Below are positions 46,526 through 56,790 of a stretch of DNA of 64,000 bases, piece by piece. Both the position numbers and the translations under genes were made by a program. How positions within the stretch are numbered: position 1 is the stretch's first letter; each line of letters opens with the position of its first letter. The stretch is from a bacterium (GTDB lineage Bacteria > Patescibacteriota > Minisyncoccia > Phycocordibacterales > CAIZLB01). The DNA lies in assembly GCA_037127815.1 (NCBI GenBank), contig JBAXXP010000003.1, forward strand, positions 24,096-88,095, in the 5' to 3' direction. The notes under the pieces are model-generated. The model was given only the letters and a program-made list of their open reading frames with translations, was not told the DNA's origin and did no database searches.

Positions 46526-49500
46526 CTAGTTGCCAGCTAATAACCAATCTTCAAATTCTTTTATCCCCTTCAGAGTTGGGTCATACTCAGTTACATCAGG
46601 AAAGTCTAGATTCATTATTTTATCATAAACGATGCAAACCAATCTACTCAATCTATCATAATCATTATCTTCTTCATCCTTAATATGCGCCAAATCCAAA
46701 TCCAGACTCACAATTCTCTCCTTAATACTCCCTTTTTCTGTTTTCTCTTTTACAGGTTCAACGAACTGTAGTATTCCCTTTGAAACTTTACAATTTTTAT
46801 ATCGTACTGAATTTTCCATCAATAATTTATAGAACACCAGCTGGCGCTTATAATTATTTAATTTTATTTTCTTATCTTCTTCACTTGATTGCCAACTAAA
46901 TTCAGCCTTGCCAGTTTTGAAGTCAACAACTTCATATTCCCTATTTTCATTTTTAAATATTTTATCGATTTTACCTGTCAAATGCGCACTTCTATTTTGT
47001 GCATCAGTTATAACTACGCCTTCATTTTTAAAATCAACTTCAGACAAATCGTCTCCGCTAAAGTCCTCTTTTTTCTGATCATAAAATGCAGATAAAGCTT
47101 CCTCTCCTTTAGATATATAATATTCAAAATCCGTTTTAGACATCCTCTCCTTTTTCAAAGCTTCTCCAAACCATTTTAATAGTCTTTGCTTTTCTGTTGT
47201 GTTAATTTCTTCCTCACTGCCATCAATTCCTTCGTCATAATAATCATATTCTGATTGTTCCTTTTTCTTAGATACAATTAACCTCTCAATTGCTTTGTGA
47301 ATTGCCGACCCATATGAACTTACCAAAGTTTTGGCTTGAGGAAATCGCAATAAATTTTGCTCCAAAAATGTTTGTGGACCGCCTCTTTTGACATCTAGGA
47401 AATTATTCAAGTGAGTAACAGAAAGCTTATAGTCCTTCAGTGGTATCTTTAATAGTTCTATTTCTTCACCAAAGAACGGTGGAGTATTATAAAGCATCCA
47501 AGAAGCTGTTAGTAGCTCATGAGTCTCAGGAACACCCTCTAGAGAGGTGTCTGTTGGGTTATACAGCGTTTCAAGTACGGCAGGTGACTTTGTATAATCA
47601 AAATCATTGGGAGGAAGCAGGAACCTAAGTAATGAAGATTCCTTACCAGTCTCTGCAATTCTATATGAAGTCAAATATAAATGTCGCTTTGCACGAGTTA
47701 ATGCAACATAGAACAATCTCAGCTGATCAGTTTCATCATCTCCAGCTGGCTGAATTGGTAGGTTTATAGGGAATGATATTTTATTACTCGATCCCCTTCC
47801 GGCCCAAATACTATCCTGGCAAGACAATACAAAAACTGTATCAAACTCTAAACCTTTTGCCCCATGGGATGATAATAGATTCACAGCATTTTCACCACTC
47901 GCAAAAGGACTTTCATCATTAAGTGGTAAATTATTTTTTTGTCGAAGGTTAACAAAGTTAATCAAATCTTCAATCGTCAAATAGTGATAACTTATATCAT
48001 TTGATGAATCATCGTTTAATGCGCGCTCTCCCACATAATCTCTAAGGGCTCTCACAAAAACTCGAAGACTTGAAAGAAAAGAAAGATATTCTGTTCTTGA
48101 ATGCTCAAATTTTTCTTTGTTAAAATAATAATCTTTGAATGGAGATTTTATTTCTGTTTTTATTGGAGCAGCATTTATACTATTTATTTCATCAATATTA
48201 TCTTCGATATCCTCATTATCCTCTTCACTTTCAGAAACCAAAACAACATGAGCTCCAATTATTATATCTAGCACTTTTTCCAATGGTTCATATAGAGAAA
48301 TGTTGGCGACATCAATTAAAAAGTGTGCTATGTCTACAACTTTTTTATCTTCCCATTCTAGCATTATTTCTAGCCATTTTTTTCGGGTCTCATATGCAAC
48401 CTTAGATATTTCCCAAATAGTTTTTCTACTCAATTGCCAAAATGGAAAACTTAGAATTTGTGGGAGAAAATTATCTGCTTCTATTGAATCTTTTCTAGAT
48501 AGACTTGCGACAAATCTTGAAATAATAATCAATTGCATTATATGCGGCTCAAGAAAAACATTCTGTTCACGTTGATATCTTATTGGAACATTTACCGCCT
48601 TAAGAAATGGAACAATCTCTTCAAGTCGGGAGTGCTTTCTCGCAATCACAGCAATATCTTCTGGATTTGTTCCATTATCAATCAACTCTTTTATTTTCCT
48701 AGAAACGTAATGAGATTCATGTAATGCTGTGTCTAATTTTTTATGAATAATATCTCCCTTTCCTAAATCTTTATTCATCGATGTAAGGCTTTTCTCCAAT
48801 TCCGGCATCTTGTCTTCAAGTCTGCCTGTTCCCTTTCTCATTAAGTGAGTGGCAATATCCAATACGTCTTGTGTTGATCTATAGTTATCTGTCATTGTAA
48901 CAATTTCAACATCGGTAAATCTAATTCTAAAATTCAAGATATTAGAAAGCTCAGCGCCTTGGAATTTATATACAGCCTGATCATCATCGCCAACAACCAT
49001 CACATTAGGTCTCCCTTCATTCACTGGAGCATTGAGGATTAGATTTACAAGCCTCATTTGAGCATTATTTGTGTCTTGGAACTCATCGATTAAAATATAT
49101 TGATACTGCTCTTGTAATTCAAATTTAAGACGTGGATGCTTTTCTATAGCTTCGATTGCATCCAGTATCATATCGTCAAAATCAAAAAAAGCCTTACTTG
49201 TCATTCTCTTTCTATACAAATCATATACGTCAGCCAAAATATCCATCTTTTCTTCATCAAGAGTTTCTTTCAAAGTCTTTGTTTTATCGTCTCTTGTTTT
49301 TATGTTTTTTGTTTTCCAAAGTGAAATTTGAGTATTTTTTCCTTCATCTATTTCCGCATCAATAAGTGCAGCTTGAAGGGAATTTGCATAAGCAGCCAGA
49401 ACAGGCAAGAATATTTCTTCCTTGGATGGAAATGGGTCTTCTTTATTTTCTAACTCTGCTTGCTTTGCTAATTTTAATACGGTTTCTTTAACTATGTTCA

Positions 49501-50152
49501 ATGTATCCTTTCCAAGTCTTTCTTCAAGCGCTGGAACAATGATTATTTCAGCTCTACTTACTGAACGTTTATTATGTGCGATTATCTTCCTAAACTCATC
49601 TGGGGTGATTCCAGACTTTTTAAGTTGTTCAATTCTTTTCTTTGCATCTGCTAGATACGAAAATCCCTTTTCTTCATGGTAACTGTCTCTGAATAAATTA
49701 CCCTGTGGAAGATTTGAGAATATTTCTTCTAGGATTCTAACTTGGGTCAATGAATCTGCGGCGGTGAATTGTGTACCCTTATAAAAATATTCTGGGTATT
49801 TTTGTATAATGTTTATACAAAAACTGTGGAACGTATGAATTGAAACTCTATAAGCTTCATTACCAATTAGTTTTGACAGACGGTCTCTCATGTTAGATGA
49901 GGCGGCATCAGTGAATGTCATACACAATATATTTGAAGGTAGAACCTGAGTTTCCTTTAGAATTTTTGCAACGCGCAAAGACAGAATCTCTGTTTTTCCA
50001 GAACCAGGGCCAGCTACCACAAGTAGAGGTCCTTCAATGGTGTCTACAGCCTTCTTTTGCTGTTTGTTTAACTTGGCGTACCTTGTCTCAAATTGATTCT
50101 GTTTTGGGGTTTGGGACCCCTTACTTCCATGAGTTTGTTTTGCATTTACCAT
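46526..50152 (-). CDS. UvrD/PcrA-family helicase fused to C-terminal PD-(D/E)xK (RecB-like) nuclease; AddA-like
   Basis: Helicase motif I AGPGSGKT and further helicase motifs. C-terminal nuclease motifs VVDFKTGK...YKRQLVFYKLL. Confidence 0.85.
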   Translation of the reverse strand: MVNAKQTHGSKGSQTPKQNQFETRYAKLNKQQKKAVDTIEGPLLVVAGPGSGKTEILSLRVAKILKETQVLPSNILCMTFTDAASSNMRDRLSKLIGNEAYRVSIHTFHSFCINIIQKYPEYFYKGTQFTAADSLTQVRILEEIFSNLPQGNLFRDSYHEEKGFSYLADAKKRIEQLKKSGITPDEFRKIIAHNKRSVSRAEIIIVPALEERLGKDTLNIVKETVLKLAKQAELENKEDPFPSKEEIFLPVLAAYANSLQAALIDAEIDEGKNTQISLWKTKNIKTRDDKTKTLKETLDEEKMDILADVYDLYRKRMTSKAFFDFDDMILDAIEAIEKHPRLKFELQEQYQYILIDEFQDTNNAQMRLVNLILNAPVNEGRPNVMVVGDDDQAVYKFQGAELSNILNFRIRFTDVEIVTMTDNYRSTQDVLDIATHLMRKGTGRLEDKMPELEKSLTSMNKDLGKGDIIHKKLDTALHESHYVSRKIKELIDNGTNPEDIAVIARKHSRLEEIVPFLKAVNVPIRYQREQNVFLEPHIMQLIIISRFVASLSRKDSIEADNFLPQILSFPFWQLSRKTIWEISKVAYETRKKWLEIMLEWEDKKVVDIAHFLIDVANISLYEPLEKVLDIIIGAHVVLVSESEEDNEDIEDNIDEINSINAAPIKTEIKSPFKDYYFNKEKFEHSRTEYLSFLSSLRVFVRALRDYVGERALNDDSSNDISYHYLTIEDLINFVNLRQKNNLPLNDESPFASGENAVNLLSSHGAKGLEFDTVFVLSCQDSIWAGRGSSNKISFPINLPIQPAGDDETDQLRLFYVALTRAKRHLYLTSYRIAETGKESSLLRFLLPPNDFDYTKSPAVLETLYNPTDTSLEGVPETHELLTASWMLYNTPPFFGEEIELLKIPLKDYKLSVTHLNNFLDVKRGGPQTFLEQNLLRFPQAKTLVSSYGSAIHKAIERLIVSKKKEQSEYDYYDEGIDGSEEEINTTEKQRLLKWFGEALKKERMSKTDFEYYISKGEEALSAFYDQKKEDFSGDDLSEVDFKNEGVVITDAQNRSAHLTGKIDKIFKNENREYEVVDFKTGKAEFSWQSSEEDKKIKLNNYKRQLVFYKLLMENSVRYKNCKVSKGILQFVEPVKEKTEKGSIKERIVSLDLDLAHIKDEEDNDYDRLSRLVCIVYDKIMNLDFPDVTEYDPTLKGIKEFEDWLLAGN

Positions 50153-50358
50153 GTATAGATTATACCAGTTATGATAAAAATTTTCTAAATTATCCTAAGG
50201 CAATTTACACAAAAATAACCATATTTTACTGCTGGCAAAATTTGACATTGATATTTAGCAGTGTTATGGTTCTATTAGTCGGTTCTTTTCAAAAATAGGT
50301 ATTCAGCTGGTGCTGAGTGCTTAATTGTTAATGCCGAATAATTCTATAGAAAACAACA

Positions 50359-50730
50359 ATGAGAACTCAATTAGCTACCGCACGTGTTTATGAACTACCT
50401 CCCACAATAGATCTTGTAAAAGGAGGTCTTCCTTTCCCTCTATTTGCCGTTTCGGCAAACGAGACTTTTGTGGGAAAGATGAATCATGAGCAGATTACAA
50501 TGTATCAACTTATTGAAGGGTCGGCCTATGATTTGTCAATTACGGATGAAGAACGCGAATCATCATCGCAGAAAATCGACAAAGGACTACATCATGATGA
50601 AATTGTGTCGCTGAGGGAGAAATTCTTGTCAGCTCTTCGCTCTGCTTTTCCAAAGCTTATTGGTAAAAAAACAATAACTGTTCGCTGTGGATATGTTGTC
50701 GTTTATAATAAAAGCGAGGACGATGAATAA
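50359..50730 (+). CDS. Hypothetical protein
   Basis: 123-aa ORF followed by a strong terminator. Confidence 0.4.
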   Translation: MRTQLATARVYELPPTIDLVKGGLPFPLFAVSANETFVGKMNHEQITMYQLIEGSAYDLSITDEERESSSQKIDKGLHHDEIVSLREKFLSALRSAFPKLIGKKTITVRCGYVVVYNKSEDDE

Positions 50731-50764
50731 AAAACTTCAACAGATCCTGTGAGATGGATATGCA

Positions 50765-50799
50765 ACGCCCCGGATGCTTTCAGCATCCGGGGCGTTTTT
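50765..50799 (+). terminator. Rho-independent terminator (acgccccggatgc...gcatccggggcgt + TTTTT)
   Basis: A perfect stem of 13-14 bp followed by T5. Confidence 0.65.
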
Positions 50800-50823
50800 C
50801 AATTACTTTTCTATTTCTGAGAA

Positions 50824-53451
50824 TTAATTTTCACCATAATTTGGACTTGAATAACAAGTCTTAACACCAACCGGTATTTCTATTGCTTTATCACCCAACC
50901 CAACGCATTTAAGTGTGTGTGTACCGACTGATATAGATACTTGTCCATCAAGCTTTATATTGTTATCAACTACAGGTAATGATGTTACAGGAACAGAAAC
51001 CTGGCCAGATTTATTTATCAGACTACATGACTTAACATTTTGTGCATCCAAATACAACGGGCATTTTCCTCCAACGGGGACAATGTTAGATCTAAATTTG
51101 AATGTAACTATCGATATAGCTGGTATAACCTTTAGGTCAGAACCTAAGTTTGTGAACTCTGAGGAACAAGTACCAACGATTGTTTTTGTAGGTATCCAGC
51201 TATTTCCAACACAAGAATAATTAGTTTGAGTTCCTTCTGTACATGTATCCTTTGGTCTAGAATCTGTACAACCAACTTTTACACTACATGAGGCCTGAGC
51301 AATTACTTCAGGATAAGCACTGTCAACAGCACTTACACTGACTGATGTATGAATACCTGATGTATCATAACCATATGTTGTAAGAAGAGGACTGTTATTG
51401 CCGGACAGAAGAGTTCCATCCTTATACCACTTATATGAAACCGTACTTGAGGCATTGTATGGTGTTGCCTCATACGTTACATCTGTACTTACCGCAACAG
51501 CATCAGCCTTACACGAAAGAGCTAATGAACCACCAGTAGTCACTACAGGAGCGGGTGTACAGTTGAATTCACCTCCTACCAAAGCACTCCAAAATCCAGT
51601 CTTAGTATCTCTTGTGTGAATCCACCACATATAAGTATGATCAGGTACTACTGCAGAAGAATAAGAACTACCTGTATAACTGTCAATCCAATTGTGGTTT
51701 GAAGCAGAAAAATCTGCACCCATAGTAACTGTAGGGTGAATAGTTTTATCAACTATTCGAATATAGACAGTATCGTAGCCACTCGGATTAACCCAAGCTA
51801 AATTAGCTGCTCTTCCATCTGTTGAACATGAGACTCCAGCTCCAGATGGAGACGGAGGAGCAGCTTGAAACGCAGCACCAACTCCATTTGCACAACCAAC
51901 ATACGATCCATCTTCACTAAGTGAATATGATGCACCTATACTTGCGTGATATGACAGCACTAAAGCGTTAAGATTGGCAAATGCAGTAGCATAATCATAA
52001 TCAACATTGCCATTTACATAATTTCTCATTAATTCACAGGTAGCTACAGCCAGAGGAGACCCGTCATATCCACCAGGATTAGTATAGTAAATAAAACCAC
52101 CATTATTTACTACTCCAGTTTTACACAGGCCAGCAACATTTGCTGAAGCATTTACTTTTTTGAAATTAAAATAACCAATAATTTTTTCTAATAATGAGAC
52201 AGGTTTTATTTGTGTGTTTGAGACTTTGAATCCAGATTTTATTTTATTCTTAAACTGACTAACTAGATCAGTAAATGGTTTATAGTTTGAGAGATTTTTT
52301 AATCTACCATAAGGACCTGTATCTGATAAAACAATAAAAATCCCGATATCTGATCCAGGGTCCTTACTATTGGCAATAATTTCTTTTAGTTTTGATGCGG
52401 CCTCTTCTTTTTTATTATTTTCAGCATAAGTATATGCCTCATTCATATCAGCCCTAGAAATAACAATAGGTCTATCGTTATTCATTAAACCAATATCAAC
52501 AAGAGCTGCTGCTTTCTGAGCTTCATAATTCTTTATAGCTAGATCTACATCGCCTTGTTTTCCATATATGTTTGCAATTAAGCCCATTGCATATGAAAGG
52601 TTGGGGTACATAGAAAGAGACTTATTCAACATCTCAAGGGCTTTTACATAATCACCTTTCAACATATAGGCATTACCCATTGCAACATAAGCTTGTGGAT
52701 ATGTTGGATCTGTAGAAATTGAACTTGAGGCATATGCGAATGCATTATCTATAGCCTTAGTTGAGGTTGAGCTTAAAGCAAGGAAACTTAAATCATAATA
52801 AGCCTCAGATCTAATTCTTGTATTATCAGCAAAAGAAGTGACTAAAAGAAATTGTTTTTTAGCTTCTTCAACCTTACTCTGCCTTGAATAAAGTCTACCT
52901 AGATTCATTTTAACATCTAGATTAGTTGTATCTAAACTGTCTGCCCTTAGATAGTCAATCTCAGCAGATTTTAGATCTCCAGATAAATCATAAGCATGAC
53001 CTCTATGGACATAAGCACTACTACTATTTGAATCCAAAGATATAGCACTAGAATACGCATCTATTGCCCCAGGAAAATTACTCATGATTTCTGTTGCATA
53101 ACCAAGAGCGATGTAAGCCTTAACACTAGTTGGGTCAAGCTTCAGTGCTTCCTTTGCATAATCTAAAGCTTTTTGGCCATACTCTTTTTCCTTGAATTCT
53201 GTACTTCCTTTTTGTGCCCATGATAAGGAAAGTGCAATTAGTGTTGCAATATTATTTGGGTCAGACCTTAGGGTATTAGTTGAAACCTCAATAGCTTTAT
53301 TTAAATCACCCTTATTAAAAGAATCAACTACCTCAGTTGGTACAACTGAGGTAGTTGGAGCTCTTAATGTATATCTTTGATAAGCAAACAGTCCTCCTAT
53401 AAGAACTATTGCAATCAAAATTATGCCGAACATCAATTTTTTATTATTCAT
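50824..53451 (-). CDS. Large membrane-anchored TPR-repeat protein with Cys-rich C-terminal domain
   Basis: N-terminal TM segment, multiple TPR-like repeats, then a C-terminal ~450 aa rich in G/S/T/C. Confidence 0.55.
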   Translation of the reverse strand: MNNKKLMFGIILIAIVLIGGLFAYQRYTLRAPTTSVVPTEVVDSFNKGDLNKAIEVSTNTLRSDPNNIATLIALSLSWAQKGSTEFKEKEYGQKALDYAKEALKLDPTSVKAYIALGYATEIMSNFPGAIDAYSSAISLDSNSSSAYVHRGHAYDLSGDLKSAEIDYLRADSLDTTNLDVKMNLGRLYSRQSKVEEAKKQFLLVTSFADNTRIRSEAYYDLSFLALSSTSTKAIDNAFAYASSSISTDPTYPQAYVAMGNAYMLKGDYVKALEMLNKSLSMYPNLSYAMGLIANIYGKQGDVDLAIKNYEAQKAAALVDIGLMNNDRPIVISRADMNEAYTYAENNKKEEAASKLKEIIANSKDPGSDIGIFIVLSDTGPYGRLKNLSNYKPFTDLVSQFKNKIKSGFKVSNTQIKPVSLLEKIIGYFNFKKVNASANVAGLCKTGVVNNGGFIYYTNPGGYDGSPLAVATCELMRNYVNGNVDYDYATAFANLNALVLSYHASIGASYSLSEDGSYVGCANGVGAAFQAAPPSPSGAGVSCSTDGRAANLAWVNPSGYDTVYIRIVDKTIHPTVTMGADFSASNHNWIDSYTGSSYSSAVVPDHTYMWWIHTRDTKTGFWSALVGGEFNCTPAPVVTTGGSLALSCKADAVAVSTDVTYEATPYNASSTVSYKWYKDGTLLSGNNSPLLTTYGYDTSGIHTSVSVSAVDSAYPEVIAQASCSVKVGCTDSRPKDTCTEGTQTNYSCVGNSWIPTKTIVGTCSSEFTNLGSDLKVIPAISIVTFKFRSNIVPVGGKCPLYLDAQNVKSCSLINKSGQVSVPVTSLPVVDNNIKLDGQVSISVGTHTLKCVGLGDKAIEIPVGVKTCYSSPNYGEN

Positions 53452-53722
53452 ATGGAAAAGTAATCTTTTAATTAGTGTACTTTATAAACTTAACTGTCTA
53501 ATTATACACCTAAATGCACACAAACTTACATCAAAATACTTCTTAATGTGGATAAGCTATTATACTTGGGTTAAAAATTAGGGTCAGCATTCAATCGTAT
53601 TTTCATTCTATAAAGAACAAAAATTCATTGCTATTATCCATTAATGTGCAGTATAATTAAAAGTATTAATAGATTAAACGGATCAGATCTTCTGACCTAA
53701 GTTAGGCTCTTTATGTATTTAT

Positions 53723-56680
53723 ATGAAAAAAATATCTTTAACCTTAGTATTATTAGCCGCGATGCTGTTTTCAGGTACAGCACACGCACAAACTTTTGTT
53801 CCCAATAAATTAGTTTTTTCTTTAACAGCGCTATCTAGTGTTTTGCAAAAAAACATACCAGTACTAGAAAGTGGAGATATTGTAGACCTAAAGGCAACAT
53901 TAGACATCTCAGACCTTCCTCAAGACAAGACAATGGTCGAATATGGTGTATTTAAACAAATTACAAATGGAAATACAACCGAGTATGAACCAATAGAAGT
54001 TCTTCAAACGGATAAAGTATACGTAAAATCTGGTGAAAAAACCTTGAAGGTTAACGTTCCTAAGGTTTTTGAAGCAAACGGTACCTCAACGTATGTATTT
54101 TATGCAAGAACATATGTTACAGATGATGTAGATAAGGAAAACATGGTTATTTCTAAAAATAATTTTTTTATTCACGGAAATAATAGCCCAATAACTAAAG
54201 TTAAGTATGTAAACCTATATCACTCTAATGGAACAAGATACTCGATAGGTTCTGGTCCTACAATTTATGATTTATCCAAAACAACATACAAAGGGGTTGC
54301 AAGTTCAACATCAATTGAAGTAACTTTTGAATCAAATATAGATACAGTAGTAACTCCAAACATTAATTTTTCAAAATTAAGATCAGACGTTAAAATCCCA
54401 GATTTAAAGCCCGAAGATATTAAAATTAGAAAAGGAGAGACTACAGTAACAATTCCTCTACCTACATTCGATTACGCACCTGGAGTATATTTAGGTAATC
54501 TAAAATTAGACAATTCTAATATCCCTACAATTAGTTTCAAATATATAGTCGGGGGTGACATGGTAACATTTGGAGAACCGGTATATGTTTTAGGCAGTGA
54601 AAATCAAGTACTCAATTTTGAGATATATGGTACACCCATAGATCTAAATCTTGATGAAAAATTAAATAATCTCTCTACATCTACTATTGTAGACCAAACA
54701 TCTAACTCGGGAATGATTTATGGTACCACTTTTATGTTATTAGATAAGAACAATAAATCTTTATATACCGTGAGTAAAGATATAGATTTTTCTACTTCTA
54801 CTTATTCATTGGTTATTCCAAAAGATATTAAAAATATCACAGGAGTTTCTATAAAAACTATGAACAAGAACGGAGTAGTGCTTTTTGAAGGAACAAAACA
54901 ATTGAATATTCCTGAAAATAAATCAAACACATTAATGCTAGTATCGTTGGGTCTCTTGTTTATATTAGCCATATCTTCTGTATTTCTCTTCAAGCACAAA
55001 TACATAAAACTACTAGCTGCTATTATTGCTCTTGCAATTCTATTTTTAGGAATAAATATAGCAACAGCTTCTGTTGTATGGCCTGTTGGTGTATGGCCTG
55101 TTGATGCCAAATATAAAGTATATGAGGCACTTAATAGCGATGAAGGATCATACAGAAGTGGGACGATTGGATACCTAGGTAGTCTGGTGAGATTTAACAC
55201 CAACGTACCAACTGAGCAATATAGTCCTGATGAGGATTTGGTTTTTACATATCAAGCTTCCTATACATACTGTACCAATGACCCTAACAACGGACGAATA
55301 CAAATAGGTCTGACTACAAAATCAGAAAACTATATGAAGAACGTTCAAACCTGGGTTCCAAATAATGGTCCATTTTCCCATGGTAAGTGGGTTACAACAC
55401 AGGTAGTCGCACAAAAAGATATCATGAGTGTACCCGGAACAGTTTATAATTACGGACTTTCATATGCAGGTAGTAATACAAAATCTGCCTCATACGAAGG
55501 TCACAGAATGACTTTTACCTCAAAATGGATAACAACAAACATAGGTAAACCTACTGTAGGATCTAATCTTCTTATCTTCTACAGTGTTGTTGGTGGAGGT
55601 AAGGGTGGTTATACTACATATAAAATACCTTTGAATATTAAACAAATCTTAGTACCTAACGCTACCAGCACTATTCCTACAGATATAGATATTCCAAAAG
55701 TTACAATAAGTGTTGATGACATTAATTCAACGGGCGCTACTGTAAAATGGACTTATACAGCCCCAAAACCTCAAGCAAACTATCAGGTTCAAGTTTCAGA
55801 TACCGAGGATTTTTCTGGTAAAACAATAAATAACGTCGGATCAAATGATGGTATAACTAGAAAAAATGATTCTGGTGCACAAAAAATATTCAGCTTGCTT
55901 AAAAGAGCTGTTGCAGCAGCGGATATTAGCAGTATTCGTGATTCAATAATAGACGGTCTATTACCTAGTACAAAATACTGGGCAAAAGTAAGAGCAGGTA
56001 ATGGAACAGAATGGAGTGAATGGGCAAGTGTACCGTTTACTACCGCCTCTTCAACAAGTGGTGCGGTAAATGGTTGTGATACTAACATAATTAGTGACGG
56101 AGTTGGTTTGTATTCTACATCAACAAATCTTTGTAAGACAGGACATGCATTAGTTGACAAGTCATTTAATCTGAATTCTAACAGTGCACAAACATGGTCA
56201 TGGAAATGTACGCAAAACTCTACACCATCTAATGCAAGTAATTGTTCAGCTAGATGCCAAAGCAATCTTTATGATTCATCTACTAATAAGTGTCTTACAT
56301 CTGGAAGCAATGGTGACATGTGCTCAAACATAGAAGGTATACAGTTAGCTAATGACTCCATATACAAAACTACAAATTGTATTCTTCCAACATTAACTGC
56401 AACAGTTAAATTAAACAGTCCCTTTGCTGATGAAAATACATCAAAATGTTCTTTAAGTTGGTCAGCCACATCCAACGTAGACACAAAACTTGAAAACACA
56501 ACATGTAAACTGGATGGAAAAAATGTTAATCCAATACAGATCAATCAACAAGTTCTAGTCGGACGACATACTCTTGTCTGGCAGACAAACATTTCAGATG
56601 GTGCAGCATCGACTATCTCTTCCCTCCCTGTTACAAAGAGTTTTAATTGCCAAAGGGTGCCAATACAATCAGAGAATTAA
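53723..56680 (+). CDS. Large secreted/surface protein with signal peptide, internal TM segments, FN3-like and Cys-rich C-terminal regions
   Basis: Signal peptide MKKISLTLVLLAAMLFSGTAHA and central hydrophobic helices. Confidence 0.55.
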   Translation: MKKISLTLVLLAAMLFSGTAHAQTFVPNKLVFSLTALSSVLQKNIPVLESGDIVDLKATLDISDLPQDKTMVEYGVFKQITNGNTTEYEPIEVLQTDKVYVKSGEKTLKVNVPKVFEANGTSTYVFYARTYVTDDVDKENMVISKNNFFIHGNNSPITKVKYVNLYHSNGTRYSIGSGPTIYDLSKTTYKGVASSTSIEVTFESNIDTVVTPNINFSKLRSDVKIPDLKPEDIKIRKGETTVTIPLPTFDYAPGVYLGNLKLDNSNIPTISFKYIVGGDMVTFGEPVYVLGSENQVLNFEIYGTPIDLNLDEKLNNLSTSTIVDQTSNSGMIYGTTFMLLDKNNKSLYTVSKDIDFSTSTYSLVIPKDIKNITGVSIKTMNKNGVVLFEGTKQLNIPENKSNTLMLVSLGLLFILAISSVFLFKHKYIKLLAAIIALAILFLGINIATASVVWPVGVWPVDAKYKVYEALNSDEGSYRSGTIGYLGSLVRFNTNVPTEQYSPDEDLVFTYQASYTYCTNDPNNGRIQIGLTTKSENYMKNVQTWVPNNGPFSHGKWVTTQVVAQKDIMSVPGTVYNYGLSYAGSNTKSASYEGHRMTFTSKWITTNIGKPTVGSNLLIFYSVVGGGKGGYTTYKIPLNIKQILVPNATSTIPTDIDIPKVTISVDDINSTGATVKWTYTAPKPQANYQVQVSDTEDFSGKTINNVGSNDGITRKNDSGAQKIFSLLKRAVAAADISSIRDSIIDGLLPSTKYWAKVRAGNGTEWSEWASVPFTTASSTSGAVNGCDTNIISDGVGLYSTSTNLCKTGHALVDKSFNLNSNSAQTWSWKCTQNSTPSNASNCSARCQSNLYDSSTNKCLTSGSNGDMCSNIEGIQLANDSIYKTTNCILPTLTATVKLNSPFADENTSKCSLSWSATSNVDTKLENTTCKLDGKNVNPIQINQQVLVGRHTLVWQTNISDGAASTISSLPVTKSFNCQRVPIQSEN

Positions 56681-56713
56681 TTTCTTTATACAACTAAGAG
56701 ATACAACAAAAAC

Positions 56714-56750
56714 AAAACCCCTATCCAGATAAGATTAGGGGTTTTGTTTT
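56714..56750. terminator. Bidirectional terminator (aaaacccct...aggggtttt)
   Basis: 9-bp stem, T-run downstream and A-run upstream, between convergent genes. Confidence 0.5.
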
Positions 56751-56790
56751 ATAGGACTTATCCTTTTGAGACCATCTAATACAGGTAAAT

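Noticed and set aside
46150-46683. 177-aa plus-strand ORF overlapping the 114-aa ORF
   Set aside because: It reads straight through both GC-rich terminator hairpins and into the convergent helicase gene end. It is typical of spurious ORFs in a GC-elevated stretch.
55075-55110. Short tandem DNA repeat gtatggcctgttg x2, considered as a possible CRISPR/SSR seed
   Set aside because: It lies inside the large surface-protein ORF and simply encodes the peptide repeat VWPVGVWPV. No spacer/repeat array is present.
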